Origin: a virus
Taxonomy: Duplodnaviria; Caudoviricetes
Reading direction: 5' to 3' (one strand)
Length of the DNA: 64,000 nt
IMG/VR virus record: IMGVR_UViG_3300049988_000286
Location: 435,573-499,572 of that record
Of this stretch, positions 18,480 to 28,504 are shown piece by piece. Positions within the stretch are counted from its first letter, which is position 1; the number at the start of each line of letters is the position of its first letter. The notes below the pieces were generated by a model that made no database searches, was not told the DNA's origin, and saw only the letters and a program-made list of their open reading frames with translations. The translations under genes were made by a program, and so were the position numbers.

Positions 18480-18787
18480 ATTGCGTACTGGTTCGCGGCG
18501 GCGACGAGTTCATCGTGCTCCGCTTCTGCGGCTTTGTCCGACCACGGCTTGTAGGTGCCGCTCCCATAGCTGCTGTGGATGCGGGGGAAGGGCTGTCCCG
18601 AACGCAGCGCCTGACCGGCTTGCCAGAGCATCACTGCATCCGGGCCAGTGAAACGCTCATCAACCGAGTCCCACTTGGGGTCGTAGTCGGGGCGGATTCC
18701 AGCATGGCGCTCGATGAAGGAATCGATACGATCGGCGAGATCGGGGTCGGTATGTGCTTCGGTGATCATGTCGATATAGTCGCGCAT
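18476..18787 (-). CDS. Small protein with capsid-targeting-like N-terminus
   Basis: MRDYIDMITEA start 5 nt after TAAATA. Confidence 0.6.
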   Translation of the reverse strand: MRDYIDMITEAHTDPDLADRIDSFIERHAGIRPDYDPKWDSVDERFTGPDAVMLWQAGQALRSGQPFPRIHSSYGSGTYKPWSDKAAEAEHDELVAAANQYAI

Positions 18788-18841
18788 ATGATTATTTAGC
18801 GCAAGGCTTGACACCTTACCGAACTATGCTAACTGACCGGC

Positions 18842-19314
18842 ATGAAGATCAACATCATTCGCCTCATCCGTCGTATCGATCCCACCGAGGGTCTGTTCAT
18901 GAACCGGTGGACGGCCAGTGATGCACGACTGATCGACCTCATGGTCAAGCTGGGTCTCGTCCAGTGGATGAGTGACAGTACAAACTATAATCCCCGATGG
19001 CCGCGCGCAAGACAGCATGGGATGCGCCTCACACTCACGCATCGCGGCACTCTCCTGCATCGCCGGTATGCGCGATGATCAAGATTCTTCCCAACACCCT
19101 CATCGGCAAGACGCGCTACAAGGCTCGGCTGCGCCTGTATGACGCGCCCGCGCTACGCGGTCTCTTCGGCGACCCTTACTACCAGCGGCGGCTTGAACTC
19201 CGCGAGATGGTGCTCGATCTGGTCAAGCATCCGATCCGCGACGAAGGCTCCACCATCTATTTCACGAACAAACAGGATGCCCGCCTCGTGGAGACGATGC
19301 TCTTACTGTCCTAG
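18842..19314 (+). other. Two hypothetical genes (18842-19078, 19075-19314)
   Basis: ATGA overlap; TTGACA promoter-like element at 18808. Confidence 0.5.
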
Positions 19315-20649
19315 ACCGTACATCTGTGCGAAACGCTGTCCTAGTCCGTACATCTGCGCGAAACGCTGCGCATTCGCCGTCCCGGCCTCGCTGAACATAG
19401 GCTCGCCGTTCGAGCCCATCTCGGCGAAGAGGTTGTTGCACAACTCGCGCGCCACCGGCACGCCCGCCGCTGCGATCATCAACCGAACCAGCATCGCGAT
19501 CTCCGCACTGTAATCGAGCCTTACTGGCGTGTCGTAGATGTCGGCGAGGAGACGATCGTCGCTCATCGAGTTCATGATCAATCGACGAATGTCATGAGCG
19601 ACTTGTCGCTTGCCCACTTCGTCCCACTTCATCTTTGGCAGCATCGCTTCGATCACGCCCGCATAGCGGGGCAGCCTCTGATTATCTGGAACGACGAGGC
19701 GAACCAATTTATGTTCACCGCCGTTGTTCGATATTTCGATTTGGACATACATGCTGGCGCGATCTCCGGCGAGACGCTCGATGAGCCATGACATCCTACC
19801 GGGCTTGATGTAACGCCCGTATTGCTTCGCTGCTTTAATGAGATCGCGTGGTTGATTGATCTCTATATCAAGAACGTCGGTGCGCGGATTGTTCAGACGA
19901 TCGACGACGCGAATCACGCGCGTCGAGAAGAACACCGCCTGAATGGGCTCATTGCTGTGGATGATCCCCATACCCTCGTCCACCACGGCGGTGACTCCGA
20001 TACGGAGCAGAAGGTTGGTCCACACCGCCGCTGCACCAGACTCGTGGTTGGCCATGTGGCAGATGTTCAACACATCGGCGGGACCGAAGCCTTTGGCGTC
20101 ACCCTCCCGGCGAAGATGCACGATGATGTGGGCGACTAGGCGGGAGAACGCCCACCAGATGCCCGCAGGGCTCTTCTGATAGGCATTCTCTGCCGCGTAG
20201 GTGAAGACCTTGCTCCAAATGAGTTCCTTCACCCGTTCGCGCGGCAGCGGCTTGTTGTCGCCATCAAGGAGCGGGAAGCGATCAAGGAGGAAATCCCCCA
20301 CGGCCTCGTTCAGCTTCTGGAACCTCGCTACCGAGTCGCCGCGCAGGAACACCGCTCCAATCTCGTTGACGAGTTTTATGACGGAAATATAGGGGGCCTG
20401 TCCCGCGAACGGCACGGTATCACCCTCGATCTGTTCTTCCATCAACCCAATCGGATAGGCGTAGATGCCGATCGGCGTATCAAAGGTCGAGCGAGGGTTG
20501 ACCCCGATCTTGTCCAGCTTGGTGAAGCTGGCGAACCACCATCCCGGCTTCTTCGCGTACGTGAGGAGTTCCTCGATCGAGGCGCTGTTACGCGCGTGGG
20601 TATTGAGGTCGGGGTTGCGTCGTGCTTCGACGAGATTGTGGTAGCGCAT
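19303..20649 (-). CDS. Putative ADP-ribosyltransferase-fold protein with capsid-targeting-like N-terminus (paralog of 24240-25409)
   Basis: MRYHNLVEARRNP 4 nt after TAAATA; TPIGIYAYP and GIIHSNEPIQAVF blocks shared with the paralog. The ART assignment is inference. Confidence 0.5.
   Translation of the reverse strand: MRYHNLVEARRNPDLNTHARNSASIEELLTYAKKPGWWFASFTKLDKIGVNPRSTFDTPIGIYAYPIGLMEEQIEGDTVPFAGQAPYISVIKLVNEIGAVFLRGDSVARFQKLNEAVGDFLLDRFPLLDGDNKPLPRERVKELIWSKVFTYAAENAYQKSPAGIWWAFSRLVAHIIVHLRREGDAKGFGPADVLNICHMANHESGAAAVWTNLLLRIGVTAVVDEGMGIIHSNEPIQAVFFSTRVIRVVDRLNNPRTDVLDIEINQPRDLIKAAKQYGRYIKPGRMSWLIERLAGDRASMYVQIEISNNGGEHKLVRLVVPDNQRLPRYAGVIEAMLPKMKWDEVGKRQVAHDIRRLIMNSMSDDRLLADIYDTPVRLDYSAEIAMLVRLMIAAAGVPVARELCNNLFAEMGSNGEPMFSEAGTANAQRFAQMYGLGQRFAQMYGLGQ
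19306..19368. repeat. 30-bp imperfect tandem duplication
   Basis: CTGTCCTAGACCGTACATCTGTGCGAAACG / CTGTCCTAGTCCGTACATCTGCGCGAAACG; encodes QRFAQMYGLG twice. Confidence 0.9.
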
Positions 20650-20652
20650 CGG

Positions 20653-21675
20653 TTATTTAGAGCGCCGTGGTTTGCCCGTGTAGCGATCGTAATCGACCTG
20701 ATCGATCGCCTCATTACCGGCTTTGGTGATCTTCGCTCTTGCATATTGCTGATCATCCGGGATGCAATAGAGACCGTCGTCTTTGCCACGGTTGACTACT
20801 CGGCACCAACGACGGACGAAGGTTTCGAACCTGTCCTCCTTCGTTCCGTAGAGTTCATGTGGGAGCAAGATGAAGTCACCGTTCTCGTTCTCGTACCGCA
20901 CGATGTTGAGGCGGGCTACCGGCTTCTCGATGTTGGTATCGGAATCGCGGATCAGGTAGGCGATCAGCGACTGTCCTTGCGCGTAGCGGGCGACATACCG
21001 CCGTTCCTTACCGTCCGTGAGGCTTGTGCAGCTTGTCCATCCCCGACCGGTGCTCATACCCGCTATGTCATAGGGATGACGCGAGATCACCACCGTGTAG
21101 GGCTCGGTTTTCTTAGTGAGGTCGCGGGTAGGATCGGTCTCGTAGGCGCGTTTCACCACGAGGAATTGATCCAGCATCTGGGTCATCGTGTGCACGGGGT
21201 CGGCGAGAAAGCTGTCGATCTCTGCCGCATCCCTGACATACCGGCGATACTGCGCCTCGATGCGGTTCAGGACTTTACCGATCCGGACTTCGCGATCGAG
21301 AACAGTGACGACGCCGCGCCTGTATTGCGCGCGCATCTCCGCGATGCGCTCTTCTCTATCTTCACCAAAGAGAACGAGTGTGCACTCCTCGTTCCAACAA
21401 AGGGGCTTGATGTCGTCGAAGCCGATGTCGTGGAAGACGCCTTTATTGTTCGGAGAGAATTGGCGAATCTGCTCGTAGACGCGCTCCATGACATCGAAGT
21501 GAACGTCCCCGAGCGCGTTCTCGCGGATGATCGGGAAGTAAAGGCGATCCGGGCTCTTGCGCACGAACTTCTTGTTAGCGGCGAAGAGATCGTCGTAGGG
21601 GCGCGGCCCCGCCGCCTTCATGATCGGGCGGGCGAGGCTCAACGGAACGGCTTCGAATAGGTCGCGGATCAGCAT
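20653..21675 (-). CDS. Hypothetical protein with capsid-targeting-like N-terminus
   Basis: MLIRDLFEA 4 nt after TAAATA; SRHPYDIAGMSTGRGWTSC motif. Confidence 0.6.
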   Translation of the reverse strand: MLIRDLFEAVPLSLARPIMKAAGPRPYDDLFAANKKFVRKSPDRLYFPIIRENALGDVHFDVMERVYEQIRQFSPNNKGVFHDIGFDDIKPLCWNEECTLVLFGEDREERIAEMRAQYRRGVVTVLDREVRIGKVLNRIEAQYRRYVRDAAEIDSFLADPVHTMTQMLDQFLVVKRAYETDPTRDLTKKTEPYTVVISRHPYDIAGMSTGRGWTSCTSLTDGKERRYVARYAQGQSLIAYLIRDSDTNIEKPVARLNIVRYENENGDFILLPHELYGTKEDRFETFVRRWCRVVNRGKDDGLYCIPDDQQYARAKITKAGNEAIDQVDYDRYTGKPRRSK

Positions 21676-21682
21676 CCACTAT

Positions 21683-22674
21683 TTATCGGAGCATCGGGTA
21701 CTCCAAGAGGAACAGCGTCTGCCAGTGATCGGTCTTAAAGAGGGAAGCACCGATCTCGTACTCGATCCGGTACCGGCGCTCTATCTCCGCCCTCGCTACG
21801 TTGGGCTCGATCTCACCAAGGCTTCCATAATATGGCTTCCACGCACGGTTCGTGGCATCCTTGATCAGGGTATTGAGATCAACCATGGCTGCGCGTTGCG
21901 CATACCTTCGACGATCGATCACGCTTGCGCGCTGGTAGCTTCGGTTACGATGGCGCATCAGGCGTTCCGCTTCAGGAGGTCGAGCACCTTGTCGCGCAGC
22001 GCAATCGCTTCCTCTTCGCTGGCACGGTAGACGTTGATGGCGTTACCGTGGTCGCCGATGTCGATGCCCGAGGTGAAAAAATCATCGCCTTTGTTACGGT
22101 AGGTGTCGCCGGGCTTGAAGGCGGCGGCGCGCACCTCCTTGTCACTGCGATCTTGAGCGATGTGAGCGTGGGTTTGCGCGGCGATCCCCAAGTCGGTCAG
22201 CCAGACGCGTGCCGCACTGGAATCCTCGTAGAAGGTGCCATCGACGAAGTTGGCATCGACGAGTTTCCAGAGCGCCGCCTTGTTCATCTTGAACGCTGCC
22301 GGGGCATCGGTGAATTCGAGCAGAAGAGTGCGCGCCGTCTTGGAAAGCTTCTGGAGCGCGGCGTGCATCTTGGAGCGGTCATCGCCCTTCTGGCGACGAG
22401 TGCGCGAGTCCGCATACTTGATCGAATAGCACGCCGCGTAGAAGGAGCGAAGCTTCTTGCTGCCGGTAGTGCCCCGGCCGTGCGGGTAGCGCTGCATAAA
22501 GTCCTCGACGATCGCCGAGAGATACTCGCGCGCCAGCTTGGGTCGCGTCGCGTGATGGATCAGCATCCCGGCGACGAACACCTCGTAGTTGGGATCAATG
22601 CCCTTGGCCTCTTCAGCGATCTGGAGACGCGCCATCGTGGCGTTGGGGATCGGCATTCCGGTGAAGTTGTGCAT
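21683..22674 (-). other. Two hypothetical genes (21683-21958, 21958-22674)
   Basis: TGATG-coupled ORFs; SD AAGGAG before 22674. Confidence 0.55.
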
Positions 22675-22737
22675 CGCGTTGCTCCTTACCGAACTATCTA
22701 CGGCTAATCGTTTAGCGAGTCAAGCGCTAAATACCGC

Positions 22738-24237
22738 ATGGTTTCCTCCCTCAATGGTCCGACGAAGATCGGTGATCCGCTGGTCGCTGGTGTAAACGTC
22801 CGCCGCGTCTTCGATGCTCGCGTCAACGCCTACATCGCAACCGCGACTACCTCGCTGACGGTAGACTACACGCTGGCGCTCATCACTTTCTCGAAACGGA
22901 TTGATGCGTTCGCATCATCGATCAAGGGGTTGTGGTTCTACAATTCGCCCGAGACAGCATTGTCGCTGCGAAACTTCATGAATCCCATGGGCACACAGAG
23001 CACGATGGTGGCCAGCGGCGCAACGCACGATCCGGGTTATGGTTGGCGCATCACTGCTGCGCGCGGCTATGTCCGCACGCCTACCGGAATGACGGCACTC
23101 ACCCGCACCACTGCGCAACCCTCACTGGATTGGACCCCCACCGGTAACACCCTCGGAGGGGTGGAAGATGGGTCCGGACCCGACACCTACGATTACGCCT
23201 ATCCGGTTGGGAGCCAAGGAACGAACTTTCGCGTCGTCAAGCAGGATAATCGCCCCACGGGATCGACCAGTTTCATGAACCGAGCCACTTATGCATCGCA
23301 GTCCTACACTCCCGCGCGGACAAACCATATAACCATGTCGGGTAAGCTGGGTGATATTAGCGCCATCTATGCTATCAATGGTCGCGTCGGCCTAGTAGGC
23401 AATAACGTCAACGGAACGCTCTCGTTCACTAACGTCGCTGTGGGCGTCGGAGCGGTTTCTGCACAGTTCGATACCTCAATCGGTGCTCGCCATCCCATCT
23501 TCTACGTCGGCACAGAGTTGACGATTGCTCAAGTCACCACTCTTCATGCCGCCGTTGATGAATACCTACTCGCAACTCGGCCGGGATGGCAGACTACTGT
23601 TGGAATCACCGGCAATCAAACCACTGACAACATGGCGCGCACCATTACCGTGTCATCGATTTACGATCAGACCAATAACAGCAGCAACATCACACAAGGT
23701 GGTGTACTCCGATCGAGGCGCGTTGGCTCTTACTACGATGACGGGGAAGGAAACTCATACTATGAATCCAATGATGGTCAACCTAATCGACAGGTAAACA
23801 CCAGCCCATATCCCTTCGCGAGAGAGCGATTTTGGGAAGCGAAGGTTCTCACCAATACGAACCGTTGGGCAGTCGTCATGTATGGTGTTGATTACTCGGG
23901 TTCTAATTATCTCATGGTATTGTTTAGTACCAATAATAAAATCGAGATTTACTCGAATGTAAACGGCAATAGCACTCTCCTTGGCACCTTCTCGATTACC
24001 TCTATCCTCAATAAGGTCATTCGCATCTGGGTGGCGGCTGATGTACTCTACGTCCGTAATGTGACTGACAACACCATGTTGGTGAACGGCCAGACTCTGC
24101 CTTCGGCGGCAGCATATTTGAGCAATAATCAATCCCCGTATGTGATCTTTTATCCCGTCATTCCCAATGGCGTGCAGGTGGATGAGTACCACCCTTGGTT
24201 AGATGATCTTCGTCTCGGTGATGGAACAGGAGTCTAA
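22738..24237 (+). CDS. Tail fibre / receptor-binding-like protein (paralog of 59677-61212)
   Basis: TAAATA 4 nt before ATG; beta-rich, T/N/G/Y-rich; shares N-terminal RRVF and C-terminal VDEY..DDxRLGxGTG with the paralog in the tail module. Confidence 0.6.
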   Translation: MVSSLNGPTKIGDPLVAGVNVRRVFDARVNAYIATATTSLTVDYTLALITFSKRIDAFASSIKGLWFYNSPETALSLRNFMNPMGTQSTMVASGATHDPGYGWRITAARGYVRTPTGMTALTRTTAQPSLDWTPTGNTLGGVEDGSGPDTYDYAYPVGSQGTNFRVVKQDNRPTGSTSFMNRATYASQSYTPARTNHITMSGKLGDISAIYAINGRVGLVGNNVNGTLSFTNVAVGVGAVSAQFDTSIGARHPIFYVGTELTIAQVTTLHAAVDEYLLATRPGWQTTVGITGNQTTDNMARTITVSSIYDQTNNSSNITQGGVLRSRRVGSYYDDGEGNSYYESNDGQPNRQVNTSPYPFARERFWEAKVLTNTNRWAVVMYGVDYSGSNYLMVLFSTNNKIEIYSNVNGNSTLLGTFSITSILNKVIRIWVAADVLYVRNVTDNTMLVNGQTLPSAAAYLSNNQSPYVIFYPVIPNGVQVDEYHPWLDDLRLGDGTGV

Positions 24238-24239
24238 CC

Positions 24240-25409
24240 ATGCGTGCTATTCAGATCATAGAAGCAAGAAGCAATCCCGCGCTCAACATCGGCGGAAAGA
24301 TCGGATCGACCTTCTCGGACATCTCGGATTTCTACGACGATGACACCTACGTGTCCCTGACCGCTTTGCCCAAGCTAGGCTTCAATCCCCTGTCCTCATA
24401 CTCGACGCCACTTGGCGTCTATGCCTACCCGCTTGGCGATAAAACCATCCAAGATCAGCTTGAAACCGAGACCCTGCCGTTCGCGGGTAAGCAGCCTTAC
24501 ATCAATGTGTTGCGCGCGCAAGTCGATGTGGTCGATCTGCGCTGGGACTTCAAGTATTTCGCCTATTTGTCCGACCTCTACGACGCATATCTGTTGAAGC
24601 ACCTTCGCATCAACCTTCCCAGCGATGCCAACTTGGAGAAGGATCGCAAGAAGGTCATCAACGATATCCGCGTCACGGCAGAGGATAGTGCCAAGATCAA
24701 ATCCGCCGGGGGAATGTGGTGGAACCATGGCCGTGTTGCCGCCTTGCTGCTCACACGCCAGCGCAGTCCATCATACCTCTTCCCCGACGAAATCGACGAC
24801 ATTGTAAGGAATCAAACCCACATACCGGGTAGCCACGCTATGTGGACGAAGATCATGCTCGCGATCGGGGTCAAGGCAGTAGTGGATCATGGCCGGGGAA
24901 TTATCCACAGCAATGAACGCACCCAAGCTGTGTTCCTGTCCCCCGATGCTTTCAAAATCCTGACCCGTGTCAGCAATCCACACAACGACGCCAATAAGAC
25001 CTTGGTGGTCAAGACCGCGTATGACTTCTCGCGCTTGCTTGCACGGACGAATTATTCCATTAATTGCCGAGTAGTGTCGAAGCTCTTCCTTAATGCCGTC
25101 ATGGGCTGGGCGTATCGGGATCACGTCTCTTTCTATCGGGACAATAAGTATGACACTATCCTTGTCCAGATGGAACAGGGTCAGCAAACCGATGTATTGG
25201 GATGGGCGCGTGTCATGAAGAAATCATTTGCGCGCATGACCCACTTCGACCTCAATCGGTTCGCGCGTTTGCTCATGTCCACCTTCCCCGACACCGAAGA
25301 CGATCCGCATGGCAAGCTCTACGCTGCGGTCATGCGCGCGATGATCCCCGCTGATCTCCTCGCTGAAGTCAGGGACAAAGCCGCGATGGAGTCGTTCGAT
25401 AGCTACTAG
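24240..25409 (+). CDS. Putative ADP-ribosyltransferase-fold protein with capsid-targeting-like N-terminus (paralog of 19303-20649)
   Basis: MRAIQIIEARSNP; TPLGVYAYP and GIIHSNERTQAVF blocks. Confidence 0.5.
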   Translation: MRAIQIIEARSNPALNIGGKIGSTFSDISDFYDDDTYVSLTALPKLGFNPLSSYSTPLGVYAYPLGDKTIQDQLETETLPFAGKQPYINVLRAQVDVVDLRWDFKYFAYLSDLYDAYLLKHLRINLPSDANLEKDRKKVINDIRVTAEDSAKIKSAGGMWWNHGRVAALLLTRQRSPSYLFPDEIDDIVRNQTHIPGSHAMWTKIMLAIGVKAVVDHGRGIIHSNERTQAVFLSPDAFKILTRVSNPHNDANKTLVVKTAYDFSRLLARTNYSINCRVVSKLFLNAVMGWAYRDHVSFYRDNKYDTILVQMEQGQQTDVLGWARVMKKSFARMTHFDLNRFARLLMSTFPDTEDDPHGKLYAAVMRAMIPADLLAEVRDKAAMESFDSY

Positions 25410-26693
25410 AGCCCGATGAGGAAGAGGACGCGATCTTCATCCCGGTCGAAGTCAATGTGGAACTCCGTTTTGCGGTCGTAGTCCGACCCGTGCAAGACAT
25501 ACACCGTGCCTAGCGCATAATCGAGAGAGACGCGGACTCGTTCCCATTCCTCTTGGGTAAGTCTGATGTGGTTACGCGCAACAACTTTCGATGCATCGTA
25601 TTCTGTCCAGAGGTGCCAGAGTATTCCGAGACCCACGGTAAGGATCGCTCCAATGGTTCCGGAAACAATGATTGACATGGCTCCGTATCGGGGAGTCAGG
25701 ATTACGCTCGCTACCATAACGGAAAAGCTGATCAGGCCCACGATACAGACGAATGGTCCTTTGCCGCGCGGATAGACGCGCACCTTCATCGATTGAGGAG
25801 GAACATGACTCGATCGTGGTCATGTTTGAACTCGACCCGGCATCGCTGCACCCCGATCTCGTCACGAACATCTGTGTTGGTGAAGTCGCGCCAACGATGC
25901 CCCCGCCCCGGCACGGCGGCAAGAGCCTCCCACTCCGTCTCATCGATCGCGATCAGATCGTCTCGCGCCAACATTCTCGCCAGATCGCGGGCACACCAAG
26001 AGCGCCAGACGAGCAGTGTCGAGAATACCAACACCGCGATCGAGATCGCGCCGAACATGAACCATCCGACACTCGGTGCATGGGTGAACACGACGCCGAA
26101 GGCAGTCACACCAGCGGCGAGGCTCACCCCCATCAACCATCCGCGACGCGGGTAGCGGATCGCCGTCATCGGTTGAGAATGAACATGACCCGCTCATGCT
26201 CGTCGTCGAAGGTCAGGTAGCCGGTTCGCCACCCGATACCATCGAGGTGAAGTTGTCCATCAATGGTGCGGGCATCCACGAGGTCGAGAACCCCGCCGGG
26301 CTGCGTGTGCTCCACTGTGGCGAGTTCACTTTGTGTCAGCAGAACAGCTTGAGCAGAACGTTCCAGCCGATCTCGCGTGTCCAGCATCTTTTCAACTGCC
26401 GAGCGGACATGAACGACGGCCACGACAACCACAGTGACGGGGATCGTGATTGCGCTCAAGGCGTAGAGGATACTACCGAAGATGATCGCAATCGCGATCC
26501 CCACCCCAGCCGCGATCCACAACGAGGGAATGATGCCCCGGCGGAACACTGCTTGCTCGATCGATTCGATGGTACCGTGATCGACTACCCGCAGCGACCC
26601 GAGCTTACCCCTGCGGTACATTTCGACGAGCGACATGAGCGACTCGCGTCCCATTACCGTATCACCCGTCCAACCCTCATCGCTTGCGACCAT
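25406..26693 (-). other. Three tandem paralogous membrane proteins (25406-25789, 25786-26169, 26166-26693)
   Basis: Each has two TM helices and a C-terminal F-x-x-x-x-(D/E)RV(L/M)F motif; 4-nt overlaps. Confidence 0.65.
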
Positions 26694-26781
26694 AGCATCC
26701 TCCTGTCGCGCATGTAGCGAACTATTCCACGTCAAGCAAGACTAGATTGACAAACTCAATAGTTCGCTATATTACGCGAGT

Positions 26782-27132
26782 ATGAAAATCCTCACCCCTC
26801 TGTTCGCCCTGTCGCTGATCGCCTGTGCCAACCACACGATCGATCCCCGCTACCGGGATGCCAAGATTACGATCGGTAATGAGGTGGCGCTCTTCTACGC
26901 CAATGTCGTGAACGGTTCACCATCGGGTCACGCCGTGATGCGCTCGCGATTGGTCAACTACGCCGCCCTCGCAAAGGCCTTCGACGACGATCAGGGCGTT
27001 AGGATTGCCGAACGCCTTGAGGCCGCGATCGGAGAAACCCAGAAGCTAGACTGCTCACGGATAACCGATGCACGGTGCGTCGAACTCCGCGATGCCGCCG
27101 CCCCCTACTTGACTGACGACGCCCTTAATTGA
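26782..27132 (+). CDS. Putative lipoprotein
   Basis: MKILTPLFALSLIA-C; TTGACA-17-TATTAC promoter-like element upstream. Confidence 0.55.
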   Translation: MKILTPLFALSLIACANHTIDPRYRDAKITIGNEVALFYANVVNGSPSGHAVMRSRLVNYAALAKAFDDDQGVRIAERLEAAIGETQKLDCSRITDARCVELRDAAAPYLTDDALN

Positions 27133-27144
27133 TCTAAATAATCG

Positions 27145-27387
27145 ATGAGAAACTTCATCGACATCATCGAGGGTGCAAATGCGCCGCGTCAGGCACAAGA
27201 AATCTACGCCAGCATGTCAATGTTGGCGCGTTATAGGCTGCACGAATTGCTCCCCTACACCGCAGACAAAGCAGCGCGCGAAGCTGCCGCGATCGACTAT
27301 ATCGCTGCTCACCTTGACGAATACACCAAACCACCAGTCGAGGATACGCGCGATATCGCCGATGGCGGCATTCATCGCCTCTACTAG
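27145..27387 (+). CDS. Small protein with capsid-targeting-like N-terminus
   Basis: MRNFIDIIEGA 4 nt after TAAATA. Confidence 0.6.
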   Translation: MRNFIDIIEGANAPRQAQEIYASMSMLARYRLHELLPYTADKAAREAAAIDYIAAHLDEYTKPPVEDTRDIADGGIHRLY

Positions 27388-27935
27388 AGCACTTCACTAC
27401 ATTCGAGGAGGAACGGCGTCGGGTCGAGAAGGCTCTGCGGACGATCACCATCGAGGCTCCACTCGAACGCGTCGCGAGTGCCGTGCCGATGAAGTTCAAG
27501 GTGGAGCATCGTCATCGGACGCCCCTTGTCCTTTTTCAACACGGGAACCACCCTACCAAGAACCGATCCTGCGGCGACGGAATCGCCCTCCCAGAAATCC
27601 AGTGCTGGCTCGATCTCACCGTAAAGAACCACTCCGCTATCCCCGGCGACGAGGATTGCCTTGGTGTCGTGCCACCACGGCGACGGCGGCACTGCGCTCT
27701 CTCCCGTGAAGGCGATCACCGCCACAACGAGACCATCCTCTACCGCCGTGACAAGCGTTCCCTCCGGGCAGTAAAGGTCTACACCCTCATGGACGTGATT
27801 GGCTCTCCGGAACCCGAACGCACCGGGGTGCTGATCCCCCACAGGCACGCCGGTAACGCCTTCCGGGAGGGTGAGGAAGTCCTCGCTGCCCCGGCTCTCT
27901 ACCAGCACGCGCGGTAGTGGTGGCAGCCAGATCAT
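27384..27935 (-). CDS. M23-family peptidase-like protein
   Basis: HEGVDLY (HxxxD), GTLVTAVEDG, LYGE, and MLHLEL in place of canonical HLHFE. Confidence 0.75.
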   Translation of the reverse strand: MIWLPPLPRVLVESRGSEDFLTLPEGVTGVPVGDQHPGAFGFRRANHVHEGVDLYCPEGTLVTAVEDGLVVAVIAFTGESAVPPSPWWHDTKAILVAGDSGVVLYGEIEPALDFWEGDSVAAGSVLGRVVPVLKKDKGRPMTMLHLELHRHGTRDAFEWSLDGDRPQSLLDPTPFLLECSEVL

Positions 27936-28504
27936 GCCGGGCGGCTCCCCGGCTTGATGGCGGGCACATCACGGAGATGATCCGGCACATCATCAGCGGA
28001 GAATGTCCGCGCCTCCACTTGTAAGAGCGATCGATAGCGGACGCCGATGTCAGCGGTTCCGAGAGAGCGGTCGATGATCGATGCCCCCATGCGGACGCAC
28101 CCTCCCGCGCGCTCGATCGCGGCGATTGCCTCGCGGGACGATAGCCCCGTCGTGATCACGTCCTCTACCATCAGGACCAAGGCACCCGGCTCGATCTCAA
28201 ACCGTCGCAGAGCGAAGGTTCGATCGGGCATTCTCTCTACGAACATATGGGGGATGTCGAGTTCGCGGGCGAGATGCTGGCCGATGATCAGTCCGCCCAT
28301 TGCTGGGGAGACGATGGCATCGAAACGCTCCCCTGCGAGCATCACGGCCATCCTGCGGGCGAGTTCATCGGCAACGCGCGGATGCTGCAATGCTCTCGCG
28401 CATTGCACGTAGGTGTCGGAATGAAGGCCTGACGAAAGGAGAAAATGCCCCGACAGAATTGCTCCGTGTCGGGACAACAGCCCCAAGGGGTGCTCCTCCA
28501 TCAC
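27932..28504 (-). CDS. pyrE: Orotate phosphoribosyltransferase
   Basis: GHFLLSSGLHS..YVQC and PRPP-binding LMVEDVITTGLS. Confidence 0.9.
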   Translation of the reverse strand: MMEEHPLGLLSRHGAILSGHFLLSSGLHSDTYVQCARALQHPRVADELARRMAVMLAGERFDAIVSPAMGGLIIGQHLARELDIPHMFVERMPDRTFALRRFEIEPGALVLMVEDVITTGLSSREAIAAIERAGGCVRMGASIIDRSLGTADIGVRYRSLLQVEARTFSADDVPDHLRDVPAIKPGSRPA

